The notes beneath the pieces were generated by a model. It saw only the letters and a list, made by a program, of their open reading frames with translations, did not search any database and was not told the DNA's origin. The translations under genes and the position numbers were made by a program. Positions 32,381 to 45,800 of a DNA stretch of 64,000 nt are shown one piece after another. The stretch is from Takakia lepidozioides (lineage: Eukaryota > Plantae > Bryophyta). The DNA lies in contig CM060734.1 in NCBI GenBank assembly GCA_030704615.1, positions 1,922,001 to 1,986,000 on the forward strand. Direction: 5' to 3'. Every line of letters starts with the position of its first letter. Position 1 is the first letter of the stretch.

Positions 32381-33224
32381 CAGTAGCTCCGAATATCTTG
32401 TAAAAGAGAGTGGTAGTGTACTGAGTGGCAATCGTTCGAGAAATAGCATAGAAGAGCACTGTGGGGGTTAGAGCAGTAAAGTGAGGTAGCATGAGACCTT
32501 TCCAATCGAGAGTGGTTAAAAGCATCAGGCTTGATAAGCAGCGGATATGTAGGGAATTCAAGAACCCACAGCATAGATGAGGAGTCATGGGGTGTACATG
32601 AAGGCGATTCGAGCAAGAAATATGTAGATGAGACGAGGTGGTTACCTGTATAAGACATATAGTATGCATAAGACATATAGTATGGGAGAAAATCTGAGTC
32701 AGCTGTAAGTACTAGGATTGGAAACAGCTTGCTAGCAGAATTAAAAGCGTGAGACCCCAACCACCACCAACAGCAGCTATCGGTATTGTGACGATTATAC
32801 TTGAGGCACACCTGAGGACTGGTGTACTGGAAGTATTGCTTACTGACTTGCAACTGACATGGTTGAGGTTTCATGTATAGGAATATCTGCAGCCTCCACC
32901 AAACATGTTAGTAATTTTGTAGAAGCAGGCCCCGAGAGATTCTCTCTAGGAATTGTGTTATTTGGTAGAGGAGCACTTGGGGTATTTTCAATGATAGATT
33001 GAGCAGAGAGAAAAGTGACCAGCATTGAATCAGTGTTATGAATAAACATGGGCAGCTATGTATAAGGCCTAGTTGGTGGCAGTATTTTCAGGACTGTAAT
33101 ATTTATGGGAAGGCAGCTCGGAGAAGTGGGAATGTGATGGCTGTCAGGGAGCAAAAGATAATGGGATTGCATCTGAGAACATGGGAAAGTGAGGGCTGTC
33201 GAGCGGCTTTTACTCACCCATCCC

Positions 33225-34359
33225 GACCGCGTGCAGGACAAGGTATGGTTCATATGAGTTCTTGGTGACGCCTTTTGGGCTCACCAACGCATCCGCGACC
33301 TTTAGCACGCTAATGAACAGCCTTTTCCAGGAGTGGTTGGATGACTTTGTGATCGTGTACATCGACAACATCTTGGTGTACTCGAAAACAAAGGAAGAGC
33401 ACCTGGAGCACCTCAAAAGGGTGTCCCAGAAATTGCGGGAAGGGAAGCTGTATGCCAAAGTTTCAAAGTGCGAATTCGGGGTCACAAAAGTGGAGTTCTT
33501 GGGGCATGTGATTACACAGGATGGGATCAAAATGGATGACAAAAAGGTGAGGGCAATTTTGGACTGAGAGCCTCCGACTTCGGTCCCGGGAGTGCGATCC
33601 TTCCTAGGACTCGCCTCCTATTACCGGAAGTATGTGAGAAATTTCGCCAAGATCGCGGGGCCGCTGTCAGACCTCCTGTGTAAATCCAAAGTATAGGTAT
33701 GGAACACCTTTTATGGCCAAGCTTTTGCCGAGTTGAAGCAGCAGATGGCGGAAGCTCCAGTCCTCAAAATTCTGGAGTTCGACCGTCCATTTGAGATCCA
33801 TACAGATGCGTCGGACTTCGCAATTGGGGGTGTACTCATGCAGGATGGACGTCCAGTGGCTTACGAAAGTAAGAAAATGAATGAAGTGGAGCAACGGTGG
33901 CCTACGCACGAGAAAGAAATGAAGGCGGTGGTGCATTGCTTTGAGCTTTGGCACCACTATATTGGTTCCAACCCGGTGAAGGTGTTCACGGACAATGTCA
34001 CGGTGAAGTATTTTGCCACGCAGCCTAAGTTGTCCCTAAAACAAATTAGGTGGCAAGACACTTTAGCACTGTTCGACGTGGATATCCAGTACAAACCGGG
34101 ACGGGACAATGTGGTGGCCGATGCTTTAAGTAGAAAGTAGCAGCTCATGATGGTGTACAGGGACGAGACGGCGCTCCGAAGGAAGATCCGGCAGGCTTAT
34201 CGGAAGGATAAGATGGCGAAGTCCGTGATGCGGGACTTGAGGATGGGGGTTAAATCGCAGTTCTACTTGCAAAATGGACTGCTCCGGTACAAGCAAAAGC
34301 GTCTCTACGTGCCGAAGGGAGGGATCAGAGACAGTATCTTAAGAGAATGCCATGATGGT
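33225..34359 (+). pseudogene. Internal RT/RNase H fragment of another family-A copy
   Basis: Near-identical to 15022-16140, with premature stops. Confidence 0.9.
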
Positions 34360-35441
34360 TGTTAGAGGACTGTCTGGGACTTAGACACTTATACGGGATC
34401 TGTGGAGTACCCTTAATTTTTGCACAGACTGAGACCAACAGGAGCCTTAGGGGTGAGAGCAGTGCACTTTAGGGGGGGTTACACAGCCCGTCACAGCCAA
34501 CACAACCTAACACAGCCAGACACAGTCAACACAGCCCGTCACAACCAACACAGCCGACACAGCCAGACACAGCCAGACACAGTCAACACAGCTCGTCACA
34601 GCCGACACAGCCCATCACAGCCAACACAGCCCAACACAGCCAAACACAGTCGCACAGCCAGTCACAGCCCGACACAGCCGGTCACAGCCGGTCACAGTTT
34701 CACACAGCCAGTCACAACTTGACACAGCTGTCACGACCATAGGGAACGGGATAGCAGGACAGGAACGACTGTGGGGAACAACACCTGCGAATGGAACATG
34801 TTAGTTCACGGACGACGGTTAGTAGTGAGGGAAACGGTTAGAACAACGGGTAGGAAGATAAAGCGGGAAGCAAGGACTGAAAAAAGGATATATATATTCT
34901 TGGAGCACTTCGGGGGGAATCACTGCTGGAAGGGGGATTGGAGGAGCACTTCTGGGGGGGAGAACTTCGGACATCACTGGGGGAAAGGAAGAGGGAGCGT
35001 ATCTCTGAGCAGAAAGATGGAGAGCACGGAGTAGGAAGAAGAGCTTGTGATGCTTATGATGAATGCAGGCAGTATAGAATTGTAATGTAGAGCAGATTAG
35101 AGACTCCATGGCTTCAGCCTGATACTTGATAGATATTAATCTGATACACACCTCATACTCACACTGTGTAGAGAGATCTGAGTGAAGCTGTGGAATGAAT
35201 TGATGAGTTGATGGAATCCGATAAATTGATGAAGCCAACTGATACTTAAATACCAGCAGTAGGTAACTAGCTAACATGGATGGGGGAAGGAAAACAAATA
35301 GGAAACACCCCCATGATACACTAGCTGTAGGTCAAGACTGATTGTTCTGAGCGGGCTGAGTACTTAGAGATTTCCAACTCTTCTATCTTGGAGTTTCCGC
35401 CTTGGATAGCGAAGGGATGGGTGAGTAAAAGCCGCGCGACA
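34360..35441 (+). mobile_element. LTR of Gypsy family C (~1.08 kb) followed by a PBS
   Basis: TGTTAG...CGCGACA, then TT TGGCGACCATACTGGGACT (35444-35462). CACAGCC array at 34480-34730. Its last 28 bp recur inverted at 33197-33224. Confidence 0.75.
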
Positions 35442-35914
35442 TTTGGCGACCATACTGGGACTTGGGTCATGAACAACCAGATGTGACAGGCATCTGGTGG
35501 GATCATGGTGGATGGAGAATTAAAGATTGATGTGAATCAAATTCCTTGTGAAACTGAGAAGAAAGATAAGATTGTCCAAACGATTCTTCCAGAGGTTTTT
35601 GGATTGCCAGACGGTTTGTAAAGAAAACATTCTTAAGAGAGTGCATGATGCTGACCCAGAGTGGGGTCTGGAGAAAGGAGAGATAAAGATTATCAGGTGG
35701 CCTGTAGAGGAAGAGCACGTTGGTTACCAACATTGGTTTATGTGATAGCATGCTATCCATTAAGGGAGTAGAGTTTGAAGGCTGGGAGGAAAGAAAGGTG
35801 ATGTTTATACTCATATGCATGAAGAGCTTGTACTGGTAAAGAATTGGATTCCAAAGGATATTTTGTGGATCAAACTCACACCAAGAACAACTTTCCAGAC
35901 TTGTAAAAAAAATT

Positions 35915-36200
35915 AAAGCGACCGCCATTGGCGGTCGCTTCATTTAAATAAAATAAAATAGAAGCGAGGTCGCTTCCTTAAAAAATTAATGTAATTAGAA
36001 GCGACCGCCAGTGCCGGTCGCTTCAGTTCGAAAAAAACAATTAGAAGCAAGGCCCCTCATTTAAAAGAAACAATTACATGCGACCGCCACTTCTTTTAAT
36101 ATAATATAATAATTGGAAGCAACCGCCTTATTGGTGGTCGCTCTCTTTTGAACAATAAAACAATTTGATGCGACCGCCATGAGAACCGACAACCGACAAT
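35915..36200. repeat. AT-rich region with GCGACCGCC..GGCGGTCGC palindromic repeats (DNA-transposon subterminal-like)
   Basis: aagcgaccgccattggcggtcgctt and about 5 variants. Confidence 0.5.
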
Positions 36201-36449
36201 TTTGTGCAGAGTTGGAAGCATTGGCACAATTGTTTTTTATTACACATGTCACAAGCAAATCACCGAACACAAACATGAGCAAGTGACGATGCATTGGCTG
36301 ACATTTTGGGTGGTATATACATGGGCAACATATTTTATTTCCCAAGGCATACACAACAACAATACAAATACTCATAGTGACAAGGAACACACAAAAAATA
36401 CTTCACTACAGAAATGTAAACATATCCACAAAAATGTGTTGTTGGATGC

Positions 36450-36878
36450 CTAAAGTTGTTTTGCTTCAATTCCTTCTGCTGGTTCGATGAGAGCCTCTGC
36501 TATCTTCTGGTCCAGGGTGGTTTTATCAATCACCTCCTTTTTCCTTGGTTTGGGTTTTTCCTCGTCATCAGAGTCTTCCTCTTCCAGGGTGTCCTTGGAA
36601 TCCTTGTTTCTGCTCTGGTGGAACCCGAGTTCCAATTTCTTTGCAGTTGCTACTACTTCAGCCAAAGTGTTGTTGGGTAAAACTGTAACCATAGTTACGT
36701 ACTCAGGACAAAGTTCATTGACGAACCATGACTTCTGTAAGTCATCCCCTAGTGCTTGGTTTAACTTCCTGACCAAAGTTTTCATTCTCTCCAGGTAGTC
36801 AACTACCAATTCTTTCTTATTATGTCTCAGATTCTGTAATCCTGTAAAGATTTCAGATGTGGATTTGTTGGAATGATA
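36450..36878 (-). pseudogene. gag: 3' half of the family-D Gypsy gag (split by B-prime)
   Basis: Joins 51372+ to give ATWDDMKATFQERY|HSNKSTSEIFTGLQNLRH...WFVNEL. Confidence 0.85.
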
Positions 36879-37219
36879 TGTCGGGCGCATACGTATCGCT
36901 ACACAAATACATCGTTGTCCAAACAAACACCAACACATATATGCACAATAAAGTAGTCTGCCACAATTGCCCCCTAGCTGGTGGATAGGTCCATCTAACT
37001 CCAGATAGCTACAAGATGTAATAGCCACAGCCGTACAAGTCCTCTATCACTGTCCCTATCTGCTCAAACTCATCAACCAAGAGGCCGGGGGTATAAGAGT
37101 AGCCCATCGTTAGTCGCCGTCTTGCAATCTGTGAACTTGAGCCAAGATCTCGTGTGTTCAAGGTCTACTAGTAGTAGCTTGGCCTTGCATTTCTTGTTAG
37201 TCTTCCATGGTTGTACCAC

Positions 37220-40200
37220 TCCCATATCCAATGCAATGTGGACATAACCAATCCCATCCGGAACCATCTCAAGAGGTGGAGTCAAGCATCCCATATGCCA
37301 ACATTCTAGAGCATCGATCACACATCAGCATGGTGGCTGCCCTTTTAGCAGACCCACACAACATGCACCTCAAACCTGCAGATACCACTGCCAGGTTTGG
37401 GTCAATCCTGCCATCGACATTAGGAAGGTGACATGACGCACAAGACGCACATGGTCCTTCCAAGTTATGCCATCCAGACCCTCCAAGAACCAAGACGCCT
37501 GAGGGCAAGACCTCTCGAACCCTCAAAAATAACACGTCCTGCGTCACATCCAGGGTCGTAGGAGCAGTCTGCTGCAGATAGACATAGTCACAGGGTTGAA
37601 TCTCCGAACCCCAGGACGATAGCCCCCACCACGTATAGGAGAATACCTCAACGTATCACGGTGTTGTGCAATGGCAAGGTTCTCGAAAGCCATGGGCATG
37701 ACTCTCTTGCACGCTGCTCACAGCACGTGCCCACACGTCCGGATCGTCAAGGTTAAGAACTGTAGCAGCTTCTCTGCGAATGGAATTGTAGGCAAATCCG
37801 GCTCTGCCAAAAGAGAAGAAAGTATGGTGAGAAAGGAGGCAAGTGATGTTTGCTTGCTGAACCTGTCCCATGGCTAACCAGGGTAACTGAAGGTCCCAAT
37901 CTCCTAGGTGTCCCTTCTGCAAGCCATACTTGCGCAAACCCCTCTTTACTGTCTGAACAACTCTCTCTGCCAAGCCATCGGCTTCAGGATGATCCCGAGA
38001 AGTGGTTGCGGTGGTCTATCAAGGCTTGTCACACAAAGCCTGAAACTCCCCCAAGACCTCTCTCCCTTGGTCCGTGAGTACCTCAGCTGGAGCACCGAAT
38101 CGGCTAAGCACACAATCCAGGAATGCATAGCAGCTCCCTCACTAGCCTTATCAGGCAATGGAACCAATTCAATCCACTTGGAGAAGTGCTCCACCATCAC
38201 CAACACGTACTTGTTGTGGCGCATGGTCAGTGGCAACGGCCCTGCGAAGTCAAGACTCCACCTGTAGCCCAATCCCATGATCGGAAGAGGGTGCAATTGT
38301 GGAGTAGGGGCGTTGAATGAAGCACGCACCCTATCACCACACCATGCACCTAGCCACAAATGTTGCACCTCTGTGTGCATACAACGCCCACCAATACTGC
38401 CCCTGCAGTAGACTATGAGTGCGTCGCACCCCAAAATGCCCCAACTCCTCATGGGCATGCCGCACTAACCGTGCCCGCTGGTGTGGTGAGGCACAATTCT
38501 CACTCGACCATCCTCCCACACTCGGAGCAGGTGTGTCCCCTCCCACTTGAACCCTCTTGGCTCGTTGTAGGATCCGATCCCTCTCCTTGGCAGTCACAGT
38601 GGCTGCAGTGTCTCTAGTGCGGAGGTAGTCCAACACAAGTGAAATCTCATGTATATCTTTGGCGCCACCTTGCTCATTGCTGGCCTCAGGGTCCTCAGAC
38701 ACTTGATCTACAGTCATCCCTGTTGTTGCAGGTCCAACCTGGCCTTCCGCTGCCAAGATACACAGAATGCAGATGCATGCCATCCGGGCACAATCTTCTC
38801 TTCCGTCTCACCATGCCACGAGCTCCAGTGTCATCCTGCTGGCTCGTGCATGGATTGCGACTCAACCCATCTGCATTGTGATTGACCAAACCCGTCGATG
38901 CACCACCTGAAAGTCATACTCTTGAAGGATGAGTGCCCACCGTGCAAGCTTCCCCGTCAGCTTGTCTAACTCCATCAACCACTGAGTGGTGGGTGATCCG
39001 TGACAAGGGTGAAGAGATTGCCGTATAGATAGCACCTGAAGTGTGCACGGCCCACACTGCAGCTAAGCATTCTCCCTCATATGAGCTATACTTAGACTCT
39101 ACAGCATTGTTCGAGCGGCTAGCATAAGCCACTACGAACTCTCTCCCTCATCATCCACCATGGTGAGCACCGCTTCAAGCCCCAGCATGCTCCAATCTGT
39201 ATGCAGCTGAAAAGGAGCCCCCTGATAGGTCGTCTCAAGATGGGCGCCGAGGTCAACCTCACCTTGAGCTCTTGAAAAGCTTGTTCTTGTCATCTTCCCA
39301 CGCCGCTCCTGGCCACAAATGGTCAGCTTGGTTAGAGCCTTTGCAATGGCACTAATCCCTTAACAAAACGTCTTGTAATAGGTTGCTAACCCATGAAAGC
39401 TCGACACTGGCTCACATCCGTGGGGCGTGGAACCTGTGCAATGGACTCTACCTTAATCTGGTCCCCCCAATCCTCCAGGATATATCATGTGACCCAGATA
39501 CTCAATCTGGTTGTGGAAAAACTTGCACTTTCCCGGATTATAACTTCAATCTGTGCGCCCTCAAGCGCTCAAATACCCCCGAATGGTCTCTCATGCTCCT
39601 CCACAGTTAGTAGCACTAAGATGATGATGCATCTATGTAGCACCGAGCAAACTCCACCCTGCTAGAATCCTGTCCAGACTCTTTGAAAACAGCTCAGGAG
39701 GGAGCGTTTTTAAGCCCAAATGGTTAAAAACCGCCAATGGTATAGGCAATCCTTCCCGTGCTCATTGATCCACCAGAAATGCCGTCTTTTGCTTATCCGC
39801 CTCCTTGATCAGCAACTGGTGATATACGGATCGTAAATCCAACGTGCTTAAAGACCTTGGAATGCCCAATGGCATCAAAGATCTCATCTGGTGTCGGCAT
39901 GGCATACCTATCGGACTTGGTCTGACGATTTACAGGCCGGTAATCACCGCACATACGTCTCTCCGTCCAATTGCCCATAGACATCCTTCTTGGCTGGCAT
40001 AACTGTGGCTGAGCATACTCTCCACCAGAGAGCTCTACCAAACCTGCCTCCCAAAGATCTTGAGTCTCATCTGAATCAAAGACCTCTCCATGTCACTGTA
40101 TCTATAGGGTCTCCGAAAGAAGTTGCGTGTCAGTGGCCAACTCAATAAGGATCTCTTGACCCTTCATGTGCTCCCAAGTCCTTAAAATTGAAGGCAAAGC

Positions 40201-42365
40201 AATTCCTGTAAGCCCTCAGGGAACCGCCGTATACTCGTCTCTCTCCTCCGGTGACAATGGGTCCAATTTGTCGGCTCCCAATTGTCCTCCGTAACTGCAA
40301 CTTAAGTCTGTGGGCTTAGAGGGTAGAGCGCGTCCCGTGGTTGCTATGCTGCAACCTCTTGAGCAGTACATCCCTCCTGCTCAGTCAATGACAAGGCCTC
40401 ATCCTGCCCATCATCTCATCATTGAGACCTCCTCATCCCGAGAAGAATCCCCAAACCTCATCCATCACAGTTGCCTTGGCTGTGCCAACCTCCCTATGAA
40501 CCTCGAGCACCTCCCACGTGTGCCATGGATGTCTACACTCCGTGGTCCTCACCGGCTCGCCCCACTCGATGCCTGTACAGTCTTGGTAGGCAAGGAGACC
40601 GTCAAGGGAAGGCACTCCGCACTCTACGTTGCTCAGCCATAGCAAGCTGATAATCCAGGTCAAGCAATTGAGATCCATTGCTTGCCCCAACACTGACGAC
40701 GTGATGCTCAGAAAGAGAAGGCACCGCCGTGGTCCCAGTGAAAAATCCCATAGCCCGCTCTCGCTCGTCGGCATTAGGCTCCACTAACTGTTGCAAACTG
40801 AGCATCCCACAGGAGGCCAGGTCCACCATCCCGAAAAAGCATGGATCCTGGGAGCTTAGCAGTGTAGGTAATTTGGCTGCTCGTGGTTGACCCACCCTGT
40901 TGACCACTGCCAAAGGCGAACGGTCATCGTGTCTCACACGTTGAGACTGCCTCCCTGTGTCCAAAATGCTGTCCACTATGAGGTGTGTTGGCTGCTGCAC
41001 CCATCAAATGAAGCTTGAGCAATGCGGGTGGCATCAAGTTAGTCCCACCATAGCCGTGGACGATGGAGCCCGTGATCCCCCACTACAGCTGCATCCAAGC
41101 AGCACTGCTAACCCAAGCCACGACCAGACTTGATTCCACATGGCCATCACCCTGGCACGAGATCGCCCATCAGTGGCAAATTCTCCAAGATGTATGCTGG
41201 CGATTACAGCTTGATGAAGCTGCAAGTGGCGCAAAATCCGCACCATCTCCCAAAACAGACCCGTCCTCGAGTCTCGCAATCCATTGCCATGCCGGCTCAT
41301 GATGCCTTTGGCAGGGCCAACCTGCCACTACCAGATCAATGGAGCCAACCTGCTCCAAATCCGGCGCCCCCAGCAACGAAATGTGCTGGCAAGGTTGTTG
41401 GTACTCCACGAACTGCAGACACTGGCAACAAGTAGGATACTGCGTGTAACCAACTGAGAAATAGGCGCAGTGAGATGCGTCGTGCAGTCTCATCCCCTCC
41501 ACATACAGATAACGCCTTACCCGCACACCTGCCTGTTCGCCAGCAGCCAATACCGGTGCTGATCCGCCAAACAAGTCCAGAAGGCAAATGCATTTATCCG
41601 GTACTGCACAAATAGGTGTGGTATCCAATGGTGACAAATGAGGGGTCCTGGTGCAATACCTGCACTCTCCTCCTGACGGTACAAAAGCCTATACCCAGGC
41701 TTGTTGCACCCGTCGATCAGCAACTGCTGAAATCCTTGCTCGTACCCCACAATAGAGCGTGAGCAAACCATGGCAGGCAACTCCACCATACCATGCATGT
41801 CATCCTGCTCTTGCTGGAGGTGGGCATCTCTGCATGGGCATTGCCTTCCAGCAACTCTCCAGGCCAACTAACTGCAACTGTAAAGGCGGGCTAGTGTTGG
41901 TATCTGCCCTGTTGGGCAGCCACAATACCCCCAATGAATGTCACAGGGAGCTGTGCACGACGACCAGCCCCTGACTGTCATCCAGGCCTGTAGATGCTGA
42001 CTCCTCCCAAAAGTACCAGGGTGAAGACCCATGGGTATAACACCTGCACCACCACGAGGACATCGTAAGAGAACCGCATCTGTCACAATGGCCTTGGCTC
42101 GCATCACTAAGCCATCTGTAGGGTGATCCGGTTGCAGTCTAATGGCCAACTGATGCCGTGTCATGCCCCGAGCCTGCTCTGATCTCCCAGAGATGTCTGT
42201 ATCTGAAAAGGACAAGGCTCCATATCGCCTCCATGAGGCAAACTTGTAATAGCAGCTTGCCCAACATCAGTGGTCTGAGCTCCGAGTCCAACAAGACCCG
42301 CAGTGGCCGGTACTTCTTTGCCTGCCGGTCCAGCTCAAAGATAAAATGTCATGGTTGTTAACAAG
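37220..42365 (-). pseudogene. B-prime PHD-integrase-RNaseH-RT-DNMT-protease, indel-riddled
   Basis: Fragments ICLLDLFGG, DLVVAGWPCQ, GLFWEMVR, LGQAMDLNC, RMCGDYRPVN, WSLDFAGP, CMLCGSAK..CDRC. Confidence 0.88.
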
Positions 42366-42865
42366 NNNNNNNNNNNNNNNNNNNNNNNNNNNNNNNNNNN
42401 NNNNNNNNNNNNNNNNNNNNNNNNNNNNNNNNNNNNNNNNNNNNNNNNNNNNNNNNNNNNNNNNNNNNNNNNNNNNNNNNNNNNNNNNNNNNNNNNNNNN
42501 NNNNNNNNNNNNNNNNNNNNNNNNNNNNNNNNNNNNNNNNNNNNNNNNNNNNNNNNNNNNNNNNNNNNNNNNNNNNNNNNNNNNNNNNNNNNNNNNNNNN
42601 NNNNNNNNNNNNNNNNNNNNNNNNNNNNNNNNNNNNNNNNNNNNNNNNNNNNNNNNNNNNNNNNNNNNNNNNNNNNNNNNNNNNNNNNNNNNNNNNNNNN
42701 NNNNNNNNNNNNNNNNNNNNNNNNNNNNNNNNNNNNNNNNNNNNNNNNNNNNNNNNNNNNNNNNNNNNNNNNNNNNNNNNNNNNNNNNNNNNNNNNNNNN
42801 NNNNNNNNNNNNNNNNNNNNNNNNNNNNNNNNNNNNNNNNNNNNNNNNNNNNNNNNNNNNNNNNN
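42366..42865. other. Assembly gap (500 N)
   Basis: Run of N. It must hide several kb (B-prime gag plus the A-prime 5' LTR and gag). Confidence 0.99.
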
Positions 42866-45800
42866 TCACCGTCTGCGAGATCGATGGAGTGGATCTCATT
42901 TTGGGGATGACTCTTTTTTTGAGCAAATCCGTAGCGGTCATAGATGCCGCAAGAGTGTAGTCACGCTGCCATGTTGGAATGGTGGCGAGGTCTTACGAGT
43001 TTCGGAAACCGCCCAAACCCGTGGGAGGGTAATAACCTTCTATCAGCAAGGAGTGGCCGTGGAGGAGGCACACGAGTCCCCAATTTTTGCTTTACATTAG
43101 AGAGTGAAAGGAGAAGGCGAATGGAGAGCCGAGCCCAGATTGGATCAAGGGGATTTTGGAGAAATACCATGATGTGATGCCGGATGATTTGCCAGCGGCT
43201 TGCCACCGCGAAGAGGAGTTGACCACAAGATTGGAGGTGATACCGGATCGGAACCGCTGCCAAGGTGCCTATACCGTTTGAGCCACAGAGAGTTGGTCGA
43301 GCTGAAGACTCAAACTCAAAGATCTAATGTCAAAGGGGGTACATCCGGCCGAGTAAGTCACTTACGAGCCCCGGTGCTATTTGCAGAGAAAAAGGAGCGA
43401 AGTATTTCAGCCGGATCGATCTGCGCTCCGTCTATCATCAATTCGAGTTGGCGGAAGGAGATGAGGAAAGAACCGCGTGTAGGACAAGGTATGGTTCATA
43501 CGAGTTTTTTGGTGATGCCCTTTTGGGCTCACCAACGCACCCGCGACCTTTAGCACGCTAATGAACAGCCTTTTTCAGGAGTGGTGGATGACTTTGTGAT
43601 CGTGTACATCGACGACATCTTGGTGTACTTGAAAACAAAGGAGGAGCACCTGGAGCACCTCAAAAGGTATTCCAAAAATTGCGGGAAGGGAAGTTGTACG
43701 CCAAAGCTTCAAAGTGCGAATTCGGGGTCACAAAGTGGAGTTCTTGGTGCAGGTTATTACACAGGATGGATCAAAATGGATGACAGAAAGGTGAGGGCGA
43801 TCTTGGACTGGGGAGCCTCCGACTTCGGTCCCCGGGAGTGCGATCCTTCCTAGGACTCGCCTCCTATTACCGGAAGTATGTGAGAAATTCGCCAAGATCG
43901 CGGGGGCCGCTGTCCGACCTTCTGTGTAAATCAAAGTCTGGGCATGGAACACTTTTTGTGGCCAAGCTTTTGCTGAATTGAAGCAGCGGATGGCGAAGCC
44001 CAGTCTTGAAAATCCCTGAGTTCGATCATCCGTTTGAGATTCATACAGATGTATCGGACTTCGCATTGGTGGTGTACTTATGCAAGATGGACGTCCAGTG
44101 GCTTACGAAAGTATAAACTGAATGAAGTGGAACGACGGTGGCCGACGCAACGAAAAAGAGATGAAGGCGGTGGTGCATTGCCTTGAGCTCTGGCGCCACT
44201 ATGTTGGTTCCACCCCAGTGAAGGTGTTCACGGACAATGTCACGGTGAAGTATTTTGCCACGCAGCCCAAGTTGTCCCCAAAACAACTTAGGTGGCAAGA
44301 TACTTGGCAGTGTTTCGACGTGGATCCCAGTACAACCAGGACGAGACAACGTGGTAGCCGATGCTTTAAGTAGAAAGCAGCAGCTCTTGTTGGTGCACAG
44401 GGGCGAGACGGCGCTCCAAAGGAAGATCCGGAAGGCTTGCCGGAAGGATGAGCTTGCGAAGTCCGGATGCATGACTTGAGGATGGGGGTTAAATCGCAGT
44501 TCACACTTGCAAAATGGACTGCTCCGGTATAAGCAAAGCGTCTCTCTCTACGTGCCGAAGGGAGGGATCAGGGATAGTCTCTTGAGAGAATGCCATGATA
44601 GCCCGCTTGCGGGCCACGGCGGAGCCAAGCGCACTGCGGCACTCTTGAAGAAAGAGTATTTCTGGCCCAAACTGAGGGAGGAGGCAGAGGAGTATGTCAA
44701 GACGTGCACCACATGCCAACAAAACCGGAGCGAGTACAAAAAGCAAGCGGGGCTGTTACAACCTTTGCCGATTCCAGAGGGACTTGGGAAGCGTCTCGAT
44801 GGATTTCATGACTGCTATGCCGCTGTCAAAAGGATTCGATGCAATCATGGTGGTGGTGGATAGGTTCAGTAGAATGGGCCATTTCATCCCCACCAAGGAG
44901 ACGACAACGGCGCAGGAGACAGGACAACTTTACTTTGCCCACGTCTTTCATGGAGTCCCGAAGGATATTGTCTCGGACCGCGATCCAAAGTTTACCAGTA
45001 AATTTTGGAGGACACTTTGGAAGAAGATGGGGACGAGGCTGAAGATGAGCACCGCATTCCGACCTACGACGGACGGCCAAACGGAAAGAGTGAATTCCGT
45101 AGTGTGAAGCAATTCTTGCGGAATTACGTGTCGGCAGACCAATCAGACTGGATGGAACACTTAGACGCGGCCAGAGTTCTGTATAATAACACAAAACACT
45201 CCGCAACGGGATTTTCCCCTTTCGTATTGGTCTATGGAAAAGCACCTCTGGTGCCGACAAGTTGGGCCGCCCAGGACGTTGAGGATTCGGCAGTAGCGGA
45301 GGTACTAGAAGAACGCGAGCGTTTGTTGAAGCTCGCAAAGTACAACATTGCCAAAGCTAGGAAACGGTATGAAAGGCAGGCGAATCGGAAGCGGAGGGAA
45401 GTGAAGTTTGAGGCAGGCACGGAGGTCTGGTTGAACATCAAGAATTTCCGACTACCTCCGGAAGTGAGTCCGAAGTTCGTACCTCCATATGCGGGACCCT
45501 TTCGCATTCGGAAGTTCATGAATGAGGATGTGTATGAATTGGAGCTGCCGGCAAACAGCAAGGTGCACCCCAGTATTCCATGTCTCCCTTTTGAAGCCTT
45601 ACTTCAAAGACGAAGCGTCCGAATCGGCATCAAGTGTTGCGTCCGCCACCTATGCTGTTGGATCATGAAAATGAACCTGAGTACGAGGTGGAGGCAATAC
45701 TTAAGTCGAGGAGGTTCAAGAACCGAGAAACGGAGTATCTCGTCAAATGGAAGGGCTATCATCAGGTGGAGGCATCTTGGGTGCGTGCCTCAGAAATGGG

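Noticed and set aside
42267-43100. ORFs spanning the N run
   Set aside because: Artefacts of the gap.
37000-45500. Dense frameshifts as evidence that B-prime and A-prime are ancient
   Set aside because: Mostly 1-nt indels with few substitutions next to an assembly gap, consistent with low-quality consensus.
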